DNA of 64,000 nt, taken from the NCBI GenBank assembly GCA_963716395.1, contig OY970309.1, positions 160,001 to 224,000 on the forward strand, written 5' to 3'. Positions 19,003 to 28,359 of this stretch are shown here, piece after piece (position 1 is the stretch's first letter; the number at the start of each line of letters is the position of its first letter). The notes beneath the pieces are model-generated. The model did not search any database. It was not told where the DNA came from and worked only from the letters and a program-made list of their open reading frames with translations. A program made the position numbers and the translations under genes. This DNA is from an uncultured Fibrobacteria bacterium. GTDB lineage: Bacteria > Fibrobacterota > Fibrobacteria > UBA11236.

Positions 19003-20688
19003 TCACCGGCGCCGGTAAAGAATCCAGCCCTCCGAAGAATCGATCGGTTCAAAATTAGTGTGCAGAAATTGTCCGTATAATTCCAACATAACATCCCTGG
19101 TGTCGAACCCGCCCCCTTGCATTCCCGGGACATGCCGCGGAAGCATGACCAGGGACGCGTCACCCAGAAATTCCCCGGGCGAAGGGTGGGTGCGCCGATT
19201 AAAATTCATGTTGAGATCCCACCATTGATTTCCGTCACGGGCAGGGCGGAGGCCGAAAGCGAAGGAAAACGGATCGGTGAATCCGATAGTGGTGATCCGG
19301 TCGCTTTGGGATAAATGTTTGCGCACCAAGTCAAGGCCTTCGTTGATTCTGAATGGAAACTCGCTGGCCGGCCAGTAAGAGGTGATGTGACGGGGAGTGG
19401 TCGGAACGCGCAAGTCGCGGAGCGGACGGGCGCGGATTTGGCGCGAGGCTTCGAAAGTGGGCCGACTGAACAGGTTCCACTTGGCGGAGTAGGCGAAAGA
19501 AGCGAGATCTCCCGCGAGAATCGTCCCGCAAAAAATGGGCATCAGCACCAAAACCGTGGCGGCATAAACGCTGCGCGCCGAGCTTTGCGAAAGCCGCATT
19601 GGGTCCTGGTTGCGGCGACGGAACAGCTCGACGAAAATCACCGCCGCGGCGAAAAAGAGCGGGTCGTCCAGGCCTCCGCGCTGCGCCGCATTGCCGCTGT
19701 CGATAAAAAGGGCGCTCGCCACGATCCATGACGCGGTGAGCCAAATTCGCGCCGGCGAAAGCGCCTCCACATCTGAAGACCGATCCGCGTACGTCCACAG
19801 TCCGAGAAAAACCAGGGTTAAATAAATCCACAGCAGGTTGTTCATCAGGGCTTGTTGGAGCAGATGGACGCGCAAAGCCGGCAACTGCGAGCGGCCCGCG
19901 GTAACGATATCCGAAATGTAGGCCGCCGGACTGAAGTGAAAAAACACATAGAACGCCGCAACGATACCAGCGAATCCGGCTAATGCGCCGATGAACCAGA
20001 GTTTGGATCGGCGTTGTAAAATAATACCGAACACCATTGAAGCCGCGGCCACCGCAAAAAAAGTGATCTTGCAATACAGAATCAATCCCAGTAGCAGCCC
20101 GGATGAAAGCCCATTGAACCGGGACTCATTTTTAGCGGATACCCGGGCCGACACGAAGAGGGTGATGAAGAGCATCGACAACAAAACATACCCCTCGCGA
20201 TTATAAATCATTGCGTAAGTCGTCTCCCAGAGGGTGAATCCAAGGGGGCGGGGGGCAATCAACAAGAATCCTAAAAACAAAACGAATAAGAAGGAAACCC
20301 AGGGCTGCAGCCGTGACGATGCGAGGGCCCAGGCCCAAGGGAGCAAGAGGGCCGCCAGCAACACGCTACCATACACAATCGCGGAGGTGGACGGCCCGGC
20401 GAACTTCATTCCGAACACGATGGGTAAGTAGGTCAAGAGGCCGATCGGATTGTGATAATCGACATGGGGAATCTGACCGTTCAGGATTCGCCAGGCGGCA
20501 TTGAGCAAGGAAACCACATCCCAGGGGCCGATAATGGGCGCCGCTCCCCAGCGAATCATGACAAAGAAAGCCGCGGCGAAAATTGCGGCCAAGGCATAGG
20601 CCAGGGAACGATAGCCGGGTTGGACGACAAAGAACAGACACGCCTTCAATGCACGCATCAGCCCGCTCTCAGATCCGCTTTGCCTCAT
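19003..20688 (-). CDS. Polytopic membrane protein, probable GT-C-type glycosyltransferase
   Basis: 'WDVVSLLNAAWRILNGQIPHVDYHNPIG' first loop, about 11 TM, soluble C-terminal region. Confidence 0.5.
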   Translation of the reverse strand: MRQSGSESGLMRALKACLFFVVQPGYRSLAYALAAIFAAAFFVMIRWGAAPIIGPWDVVSLLNAAWRILNGQIPHVDYHNPIGLLTYLPIVFGMKFAGPSTSAIVYGSVLLAALLLPWAWALASSRLQPWVSFLFVLFLGFLLIAPRPLGFTLWETTYAMIYNREGYVLLSMLFITLFVSARVSAKNESRFNGLSSGLLLGLILYCKITFFAVAAASMVFGIILQRRSKLWFIGALAGFAGIVAAFYVFFHFSPAAYISDIVTAGRSQLPALRVHLLQQALMNNLLWIYLTLVFLGLWTYADRSSDVEALSPARIWLTASWIVASALFIDSGNAAQRGGLDDPLFFAAAVIFVELFRRRNQDPMRLSQSSARSVYAATVLVLMPIFCGTILAGDLASFAYSAKWNLFSRPTFEASRQIRARPLRDLRVPTTPRHITSYWPASEFPFRINEGLDLVRKHLSQSDRITTIGFTDPFSFAFGLRPARDGNQWWDLNMNFNRRTHPSPGEFLGDASLVMLPRHVPGMQGGGFDTRDVMLELYGQFLHTNFEPIDSSEGWILYRRR

Positions 20689-21259
20689 TATGGTTCCAGA
20701 CCTCAATCTGTTTGAGTTTGTGCGGGATTAGTGGTTTTGAATTGTTCAACGCCCCGGAAACATTGTTGCCACCGGACCCAGGGTTCCCCTATGGGACCGA
20801 TCCAATCGCTTCCGCCCCAAGTCGTTAAGAACCCCGAGTAAATTGGGAATTCGACCGCTCGTCTTGTTTGAAGTTGATTCACCTGATGTTTTTAACGCAC
20901 TCGGAATAAGCGCGGCACGAACTTAGGTAAAACAAAGTCCTTTTCCACATCATGAATGCTCCGCAACCCCAGCCGACTTCGACGATTCACCGCAGCCGTA
21001 ATTTTTCACGACCTATTTGCCGCTATTTAACGTGGTTGCTACTTTGTAACAAAACTTAACATTCAAAAATAGACGCAAGAATAAGGGCTTTAACACCACA
21101 GAAATTCCCACGGTATAGGAAATGTGAACGACATGCTAATGATATTGATAGCCAAGGTGTTACTTCCATCGGCATTATGATAACCTATTAGGTCATCTCG
21201 GCGCTTTCGAATGCGACCATTCATGCAGCCGTGAAATCCATAATTGCCGAACCCGTAAC

Positions 21260-22246
21260 ATGATCGAAAAAAACAATCCGCCTTTGGTCAGCGTCGTCAC
21301 GCCGTTTTATAACACCGCCCCCTACTTGGCCCAATGCATTGAAAGCGTACTGGCGCAAACTTATTCCGCGTGGGAATACCTTCTCGTCGACAATCAAAGC
21401 GAGGACGGATCCGGCGAAATCGCGGAAAAATATAGTCGACTCGACACCCGCATTCGTTTCATCAAAACCCCCGAATTCTACCCGCAAGTCGCCAATTTTA
21501 ACTACGCGCTCACGCAGATTTCTGCGGATAGCGTATTCTGTAAAATGATTTTGGCCGACGACCTGCTTTTCCCGAGATGCCTGGAAGAAATGGCGGCACT
21601 GGCCGAGAAGAATGCCTCCATCGGACTGGTTTCCAGTTACCGCATGATTGGGACCAGGGTCTCGGGACATGGGTTGGACCCGGAACAAAACTTTTTCCCC
21701 GGCCGGCTGATTGGCCAAAAGCAGCTATTGCAGCAATGCGTGGTTTTCGGATCTCCTTCGACGTTCTTTTTCCGCAGCGCCATCGTGCGTGCCCGGCGCC
21801 CGTTTTTTTCGGAAACGAGTTTTCACGAAGATACCGAATCGGCCTATGAAATATTGCGGGAATGGGACTTCGGTTTTGTGCATCAAGTCCTCAGTTTTAC
21901 TCGGCTCGAAGAAACTTCCCGTATGGGTCGCATCAAAAAATACTCCCCCCATCTGCGGGATTTTTTGATCGTGGCGGAAAAATACGCCCGCAATTTTTTT
22001 GCACCGGATGAGGCCAAAGCGTGTATGCAATCGGTCCGCCTTGAGTATTACCAATTTTTAGTTCGGGCTCTGCTGTTGGGAAATTGGGGGGGCGAATTCT
22101 GGAGTTTTCAATTACAAGGTTTGCGCAACGAGAATATTCGCATCGATCGCTGGTGCCTCCTGCAAGCCTTTCTGAAAACCGTCGCCGACATATTGGGAAA
22201 TCCAAAAATGGCTTGCGGCGACCTGCTGCGAAATATCCGCAAATAA
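21260..22246 (+). CDS. Glycosyltransferase family 2
   Basis: 'PLVSVVTPFYN', 'VDNQSEDGS', 'ADD' DxD region. Confidence 0.88.
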   Translation: MIEKNNPPLVSVVTPFYNTAPYLAQCIESVLAQTYSAWEYLLVDNQSEDGSGEIAEKYSRLDTRIRFIKTPEFYPQVANFNYALTQISADSVFCKMILADDLLFPRCLEEMAALAEKNASIGLVSSYRMIGTRVSGHGLDPEQNFFPGRLIGQKQLLQQCVVFGSPSTFFFRSAIVRARRPFFSETSFHEDTESAYEILREWDFGFVHQVLSFTRLEETSRMGRIKKYSPHLRDFLIVAEKYARNFFAPDEAKACMQSVRLEYYQFLVRALLLGNWGGEFWSFQLQGLRNENIRIDRWCLLQAFLKTVADILGNPKMACGDLLRNIRK

Positions 22247-23203
22247 TCACACGGCTTTGCGTGTCGGTTCTTTGCGAAAATGCTGATAGATATACCCGCA
22301 AAACAGAATGGATTGGCATTGGTAATAAAATGCTTCCACCCGGCGCCGTGATACACCGAACTTTACACTTTTGATGAAATTTCGCACCACAAATCCCGGA
22401 ACATAAACGGGAAGCCCGAAAATTTTCCATCGGGCCGGCATGGGATGCAGCCGTTTCAAAACAATACCGACTCCGAACATGCGCCGGCGGAAATAGGGCT
22501 TGTTGGCTTGCGAAGGCTTGATGGGATGTAATACGCGCGCTTCCCCGACATACACCCACTCGCGAATGCCCATGGACCTGAGGCGCAGCAACAACTCGTA
22601 CTCGGCGCCCGGCACCAGACTCCCCCCCACCAAACCGAAATCCGTACGGAATACTCCGCAGCGCTCGAACACGGATCGCTTGAACGCCATGCTCGGCCCC
22701 ACCGGCATGTCTTCTTCGCTGATGGCCCGGACCTCCGTCGTCGTGCCATGCTCCATGCGCAGGACGATCATGGTGCGGGCATAAGGCCCATCCAGCACCA
22801 GCCATTCGGGCAAGACGAATTCCGGTGGCCGTATCGAAATGCGTCCGCCGAACACCTCGCTGTGGGGGAAATTTTGAAAAGCCCGGATATAAGCTGCCAG
22901 CACGCCGTCTTCGAGGAGCAAGTCGTCATCGAAGAAGATGATGAAATCCCCTTTAGCCTGAGCGACACCGGCATTACGCGCCCGGTTGACACCCGCGGTC
23001 GATTCAAACAGGTACCGGACGGAGATCGTTCGGCTTTGCGCGGCATATGTCTCCACGACTTTTTTCGTGCCGTCGGTGGATTTGTTGTCGACCACCAGAT
23101 ATTCCACTTCGGCGCCGCAGGTATCCTGACGCAGAACCGACGCCAGGGTTTCGGCCAACCACTTTTCCCGATTGTAGGTCGGCGTGATAATTGTAATGAT
23201 CAT
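22247..23203 (-). CDS. Glycosyltransferase family 2
   Basis: 'TIITPTYNR', 'VDNKSTDGT', 'ARNAG', 'FFDDD'; its stop abuts the convergent GT2 stop with 0 nt gap. Confidence 0.88.
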   Translation of the reverse strand: MIITIITPTYNREKWLAETLASVLRQDTCGAEVEYLVVDNKSTDGTKKVVETYAAQSRTISVRYLFESTAGVNRARNAGVAQAKGDFIIFFDDDLLLEDGVLAAYIRAFQNFPHSEVFGGRISIRPPEFVLPEWLVLDGPYARTMIVLRMEHGTTTEVRAISEEDMPVGPSMAFKRSVFERCGVFRTDFGLVGGSLVPGAEYELLLRLRSMGIREWVYVGEARVLHPIKPSQANKPYFRRRMFGVGIVLKRLHPMPARWKIFGLPVYVPGFVVRNFIKSVKFGVSRRRVEAFYYQCQSILFCGYIYQHFRKEPTRKAV

Positions 23204-23215
23204 GATGATATTGAA

Positions 23216-23866
23216 TCAAATTACGGATTTGCGATTGTAAAAGGCCTCGGCCAGTCCGGTGGGGGCGTTGCATTCCATGCCGCGCACGCGCAAGATTGAG
23301 CGGAACAAATCTTCGGTGAACCAGCCGCGGCCGCGCTGGGAGACATAACATGTCAACAGCGCCGCAATTTTGGCATTGGCCTGGCCGGGCTCCAGCGGCA
23401 CGAAAAAATTCGGCGCGCCCCAATCGCCGTCGTATTTGGGGATTTCATATTCCAGAATGAAATGATTCCGAAATGTGTTCCACGTCAGCTCGTGGATCAA
23501 GCGGTGATCCTGATGCAAATCGCCGCGCGCGTGGGTCAGAATGAGATGGGGGTTCACCTCGCCCTTCAAGGTTTCGAATACGTCTTTGACTTCCGCTCCG
23601 GAGTACGGCAAAAAACCGTCACGGAAATCCAGCACCTTGAGGTCGAGGCCGGAGACGGAAGGGATCAGCATGCGCGCGCAGGTCCGGGTTTCTTCCCGCC
23701 GCACGGGGCTTCCGGAAAAAACCCGCCAGGTGAATTGCGCGGCATACTCGTCTTGCAGACGCAGCAAGGTGGCGCCGCAACCGATTTCGATATCGTCGCA
23801 ATGCGCCCCCAGGCAGAGCACGCGCAAGGGTTCGCCGGGTTGAAGGTGAAACGACAAGGGCAACAT
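23216..23866 (-). CDS. PIG-L/LmbE family deacetylase
   Basis: 'GAHCDDIEIGCG' and 'DLHQDH' metal motifs. Confidence 0.9.
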   Translation of the reverse strand: MLPLSFHLQPGEPLRVLCLGAHCDDIEIGCGATLLRLQDEYAAQFTWRVFSGSPVRREETRTCARMLIPSVSGLDLKVLDFRDGFLPYSGAEVKDVFETLKGEVNPHLILTHARGDLHQDHRLIHELTWNTFRNHFILEYEIPKYDGDWGAPNFFVPLEPGQANAKIAALLTCYVSQRGRGWFTEDLFRSILRVRGMECNAPTGLAEAFYNRKSVI

Positions 23867-23869
23867 GCA

Positions 23870-24892
23870 TCACCTCCAATAGAAATCGGAATCGAGTAGG
23901 CCGCGTTGCACCAGGTATTTCAATTGCGAAAGCCGCGTAAAGGCCCGGAACTCGAAATCGGTCTGAGTGAATCCGATACGTTCAAACATCGCCTTGATCT
24001 CCCGGGCTCCGGATTCGGCGTCGGTGCGGCAACGGAAGTTCGGCAAATGTGCATGGATCTTGTCGAAGTTGACCCGGTAACTGCGCGTGTCTCCGCCGTT
24101 GTCGCCGAATTGCAGCGCACATCCGGGAAAAACCCGCGCTACGATTTCGGCCACTTCGCGCACCCGGTAGTTTTGGTGGTTCTCACCCACGTTGAAGATC
24201 TGATTGTGTACGGCGGCGCGCGGGGCTTCGAGTGCGCAGGCCACGGCTTCGCACATGTCGATCACATGCACCAGCGGCCGCCAGGGCGTGCCGTCGGATG
24301 TCATTTTGATGGCACCGGCGGTGGCGGCCCAGCCGCACAGGTTGTTCAACACCACATCGAAACGTTGATGCGGCGAAGCCCCGAAGGCGGTGGCATTGCG
24401 CAAAAAAGTGGGTGAGAAAAGCTCGTCGGCCATCTGGCCCAAGTCGGCTTCGACGCGCACCTTGCATTCGGCATAGGCGGTAAGCGGATTCACCGGACTG
24501 GTTTCGTCGACGATGTCGCTCAAACCCTGGCCGTATACGCTGCACGAACTGGCGTAGACAAAGCGGGTTACGCCCTGCTTTTTCGCGGCGGCCGCCAGGC
24601 GCAAACTACCCCCATGGTTGATCTGGTAGGTGATGCCGGGGTTGAACTCGCCCAGGGGATCGTTGGAAAGCTCGGCCAGATGCGCCACGGCGTCAAAGCC
24701 CTGCACATGCCGCTCTTCCACCCGGCGGATGTCGAGATTCAGGGTTTCGGGTAGCCTTTCCGGCAGGGGATACAAAATGCCGTCGCGGTAATAACCCGTA
24801 TCCAGTCCCACGACGGAATGTCCTCGTTGCATCAAGACCTGGGCCAAATGCACGCCGATATAGCCGTCGGTGCCGGTCACGAGTATTCTCAT
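23870..24892 (-). CDS. NAD-dependent epimerase/dehydratase (extended SDR)
   Basis: 'VTGTDGYIG', 'SSCSVYG', 'YAECK' (YxxxK). Confidence 0.9.
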   Translation of the reverse strand: MRILVTGTDGYIGVHLAQVLMQRGHSVVGLDTGYYRDGILYPLPERLPETLNLDIRRVEERHVQGFDAVAHLAELSNDPLGEFNPGITYQINHGGSLRLAAAAKKQGVTRFVYASSCSVYGQGLSDIVDETSPVNPLTAYAECKVRVEADLGQMADELFSPTFLRNATAFGASPHQRFDVVLNNLCGWAATAGAIKMTSDGTPWRPLVHVIDMCEAVACALEAPRAAVHNQIFNVGENHQNYRVREVAEIVARVFPGCALQFGDNGGDTRSYRVNFDKIHAHLPNFRCRTDAESGAREIKAMFERIGFTQTDFEFRAFTRLSQLKYLVQRGLLDSDFYWR

Positions 24893-24919
24893 ACTTTAGT
24901 CTCCTTTTTTTCGCCGGAA

Positions 24920-25825
24920 TCAGATGGCCTGCGGCCTGCCCTGATGTCTTGGGGCCAGATGCGGTAGGAGGATCGCACGCGGCACCGGAGACAAATCGGT
25001 TCCGCGCAAATAATCCGTCATCGCGGTACCGGAGCATTGGGTGTCGATATTCGGAGCGCCCCTTCCCGCGCGGACATCGTCGATATCGACGGTGCGGAAA
25101 TCGATGCTGAACCGGGCGACGCCCGTTTCGTTCGCCACCGTGGAATGCAACTGGGCTCCCGAAAAGAGGATCATACCGCCGACCGGACAAACCAGTCGTA
25201 ATTGCGGTTCCATCTCCACCTCTTCTTCCGGGCGCGGCTGCTCGCGCGTATCCGATTTGATTTGCGCGGCGGCATTCTGCCGGGGACCGCTATTCCAGTC
25301 TTGATAGTTGTAATTGCGGGAACTGTTTCGGAGCGGCACACTCCAGTATTTGGGATGGAAGGCCATGGCATTTCCGGAGGTAAACGGATAAATCGGCATC
25401 CACCAATTGATCTGCGCCAACGGCGCGGAATACCAAGTGTCCCGGTGCGGGTGAAAGGCATAGGCGATGCCGTAACGGAGGTAATCCGAGGGCGCGGCGG
25501 ATCGGAGCCGGGGGGTATCCAAATAGGTTTTTTCGAGGTCGTGCCCGGTTTCGGAGGCGATGCGGCGCAACAGGACTTTGGATTCGGGGTGATGGATGAA
25601 TTTGGGCTTCAGCACCGAAAGGATCTCCGCGTATTTTTCGACGGGAAGGGATTCATGGGCTCGGCGCGGATCCGTTCCCGCAAAAGCCTCTTCCACCATT
25701 TGCCGGGCGAAGGCGCAAAGTTGCAAAGAACCCGGAGTGGGCGCCAGCACCATGATATCACCTTGATAAATCAGGCTGCGGCGTTCTGCTTCCGAAATCT
25801 CCGGATGGAAATAAACGGTATTCAT
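24920..25825 (-). CDS. Putative Fe(II)/2-oxoglutarate oxygenase (PhyH/Kdo-hydroxylase-like)
   Basis: 'HPHRDTWY' (HxD), distal 'LHS', 'RFSIDFR'; ATGA coupling to rfbF sets the start at 25825. Confidence 0.55.
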   Translation of the reverse strand: MNTVYFHPEISEAERRSLIYQGDIMVLAPTPGSLQLCAFARQMVEEAFAGTDPRRAHESLPVEKYAEILSVLKPKFIHHPESKVLLRRIASETGHDLEKTYLDTPRLRSAAPSDYLRYGIAYAFHPHRDTWYSAPLAQINWWMPIYPFTSGNAMAFHPKYWSVPLRNSSRNYNYQDWNSGPRQNAAAQIKSDTREQPRPEEEVEMEPQLRLVCPVGGMILFSGAQLHSTVANETGVARFSIDFRTVDIDDVRAGRGAPNIDTQCSGTAMTDYLRGTDLSPVPRAILLPHLAPRHQGRPQAI

Positions 25826-26610
25826 GCGGATTTTGCGCCTTTCCAAACCTCCCACGGAGTTTCACCTTTGGTATACATCTCGTCGAAGAGCTGTTTGTCC
25901 TTGAAGGTGTCCATGGACATCCAAAAACCGTCATAACGATAGGTGAACAATTTTTTTTCCTGCATGAGGCGGGCGAAAGGCTCAATGACCAGTTCTTCCC
26001 CGTTGTGCATGTAGTCGAAGATCTCCTTGCGCAGCACGAAATGCCCGCCGTTGATCCAGATGTCGGTACGGCCGATGCCGTTGATCGCGCGCACCATTCC
26101 GCCTTCGTCGCTGGAAATGATATGGTAGCTCTGGTTGGGGCGTACGCTCAGAAAGCAGGCCGCTCCCGCCTGTAGTTTAAAGTAGTCGATCAAGGTGGGA
26201 AGATGGAAATCGGTGAGGCCATCGCTGTAATTGGCCAGAAACATCTCCTCGCCTTCCAGATATTTTTGCACCGCTTTCAATCGTTGCCCGATGTTGGATG
26301 AAAGGCCGGTGTCGGCGAAGGTGATGGACCAGTCGCTCATGTCGGTATTATAGAGTTTGAGATCCTTGCCCCCCTGGGTGAGGGTGAAATCGTTGGAAAG
26401 GTATTCGTTGTAATTCATGAAGTAGTTCTTGATGACGTCGGCCTTGTGGCCCAGGCACAGAATGAAGTCTTTGTGGCCGAAATGCGCGTAGTAACGCATC
26501 AAGTTCCAGAGAATGGGCCGGGACCCCACCGGAACCATGGGCTTGGGAATACTGTCGGAATACTCGCGGATGCGCATGCCCATTCCTCCGCAAAAAAGCA
26601 CGACTTTCAT
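25822..26610 (-). CDS. rfbF: Glucose-1-phosphate cytidylyltransferase
   Basis: 'VVLFCGGMGMRIRE...PKPMV', 'INGG', 'GFWMSMDTFKD'. Confidence 0.88.
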   Translation of the reverse strand: MKVVLFCGGMGMRIREYSDSIPKPMVPVGSRPILWNLMRYYAHFGHKDFILCLGHKADVIKNYFMNYNEYLSNDFTLTQGGKDLKLYNTDMSDWSITFADTGLSSNIGQRLKAVQKYLEGEEMFLANYSDGLTDFHLPTLIDYFKLQAGAACFLSVRPNQSYHIISSDEGGMVRAINGIGRTDIWINGGHFVLRKEIFDYMHNGEELVIEPFARLMQEKKLFTYRYDGFWMSMDTFKDKQLFDEMYTKGETPWEVWKGAKSA

Positions 26611-26644
26611 GTTGTTACTCCTTTTCGGCTACTACGATTTACTG

Positions 26645-27529
26645 TCATCGACGAATCTGTTTGTGGCCGCCAAGGCCCGGTTGTCTTTGGGATTCAATCG
26701 GACCTTTATCATCAAAAGCTTTCGATTCAGGTTGTCGTGGGAAGTACTTCTTTGCTATGGACCCACAGTAACGCTCAATTTCACGCAGCACAAACTCCCG
26801 CGGGACCTGTCCTAAAATTCCAAAGTCCTGCGCGCCGATATTGGACCACTTTGCGGACAAGGATTCCGGAGCACACCCCACAAAACGTTCCATCTCGGGC
26901 AGCGAGTTGGATATATCGCGAGTCCGCACGATCAGCAAACGTGATGATGGGATGGTCGCCAGGACTTTCGAATTGTGTTCGAACCAGTACTTCAGATAGG
27001 CGTGAATCGGATAAAGGCCGTTCTCCTTGAGTGCAAATTCTTCTGACGAAAATTCACCCGCGAACCGGCCAAAAGCAGTGGCACGGAAATCAACCCAGAT
27101 GGGCCTCACGGCGGTCAAAGGATGCCGGTGATGGTGGTTGATGGCGGATTTGAGCCATTCCATCGGGTCGCGGATGGTGAGAATGAACTTTGCACTCGGA
27201 AAAAGCTCGACAAGGTCATGGCTGAGATAGGCCAGAAAATGCGCCGACTCCATCTCCGGCCAGTACTCACGATCCCGACGTTTGAGATGGCTGCGAGCGG
27301 CTTGCTGATCCAGTTGACCGCGATAGGCTGAAATGGTCATGGGAACAAGGCGATCGCAATCCACCTCATGCTCGGAGCGATATCGGTCGAATACCTTGGC
27401 CATGGTCGTGGTTCCGGACCGAATTGTACCGAGACAATAGGCTTGGAACGCCCTGGGCCGAGCCATATTGCGCAGCCGCTGTTTTGAAAGTCTTCCGACT
27501 TCACGAAATCTTGCGATGATCGAGGGCAT
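26645..27529 (-). CDS. Sulfotransferase family protein
   Basis: 5'-PSB-like loop 'LGTIRSGTTTM' and 3'-PB-like 'FILTIRDPMEWLKS'. Confidence 0.75.
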   Translation of the reverse strand: MPSIIARFREVGRLSKQRLRNMARPRAFQAYCLGTIRSGTTTMAKVFDRYRSEHEVDCDRLVPMTISAYRGQLDQQAARSHLKRRDREYWPEMESAHFLAYLSHDLVELFPSAKFILTIRDPMEWLKSAINHHHRHPLTAVRPIWVDFRATAFGRFAGEFSSEEFALKENGLYPIHAYLKYWFEHNSKVLATIPSSRLLIVRTRDISNSLPEMERFVGCAPESLSAKWSNIGAQDFGILGQVPREFVLREIERYCGSIAKKYFPRQPESKAFDDKGPIESQRQPGLGGHKQIRR

Positions 27530-27572
27530 ATAATTTTTCTCCGGTTAAATCATGATATCGTGCGAACCAAAC

Positions 27573-28286
27573 CTAGGCGCGCTTGCGGGCCACGAGAATG
27601 ATGTACTGGCCAAAACCCAGCTTTCCTTTCCATGTGTTCAATCGATCCTCTCCGAACAGACCGGCGATTAACCGATTCAGCTTGGGTGAGTTTATAATCC
27701 TGAGTATTCCTTGGTGCCCGCCGAATACGATGGAATAAAGCTCCACTATTTCAAAGAGGGGTGAAAAAATACGTCGGACATCTCCCATGGCGGCCCAATG
27801 ACGTATTTGCCCGCGATAAATTTTCTTCTTCCCATGATCTAATCTGTCAAAAGCGAATTTATTTAGGGTTGTCAAAGCCAGGTAACCTTTTGGTTTTAAC
27901 AACCCTGCAATTTTCTTTGCAAATCCGGCATGATCGGCGACGCAAGAGAATGCGTCAACGGTGGCGATGAAGTCAAACGACTCGGAAAATTCCATGGTCA
28001 TGAAATCGCCCGCCAAAAAGCGAATATCAGGATGTCGACTCTGCGCTCGTTTGATCATTTCGTCCGCCAGATCAATGGCCGTAGTTTTGCCGATGCGCGC
28101 CAACCGCTCCGAGAGCCATCCCGTTCCGCAGCCGATTTCCAAAATCGTTTTGGGAGAATGCCTACTAGCACAATCGATAACCGCATGGGCGCACTGCTCA
28201 ATGCGTTCATCAGTGGGCCCATCCATGCGGTGCATCTTGTTCCATTCATTCCATGCCGCTACCTGTTGTTCATAGGTCGGATTCAT
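27573..28286 (-). CDS. Class I SAM-dependent methyltransferase
   Basis: 'ILEIGCGTG', 'AIDLA', 'LLKPKG'; start ATG 28286 (the ORF-track extension overlaps wzt). Confidence 0.85.
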   Translation of the reverse strand: MNPTYEQQVAAWNEWNKMHRMDGPTDERIEQCAHAVIDCASRHSPKTILEIGCGTGWLSERLARIGKTTAIDLADEMIKRAQSRHPDIRFLAGDFMTMEFSESFDFIATVDAFSCVADHAGFAKKIAGLLKPKGYLALTTLNKFAFDRLDHGKKKIYRGQIRHWAAMGDVRRIFSPLFEIVELYSIVFGGHQGILRIINSPKLNRLIAGLFGEDRLNTWKGKLGFGQYIILVARKRA

Positions 28287-28359
28287 ACTTTTGTCCTTCC
28301 AATTCAAAGTTTTGATACTTCCACATCGCCAACTACGCGCGCAAAATAGGATCTTGGCC

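Noticed and set aside
18116-19018. 300-aa + strand ORF
   Set aside because: Antisense to the GtrA gene, which has clear family motifs.
20702-21200. Short minus-strand open frames in the 550-bp intergenic gap
   Set aside because: Under 60 codons with no recognisable homology; they may be further remnants but cannot be supported.
152-22246. Integron cassette array or shufflon explaining the patchwork
   Set aside because: No recurring RYYYAAC...GTTRRRY attC folds or shared inversion sites at the junctions, genes lie on both strands, and no recombinase is present.
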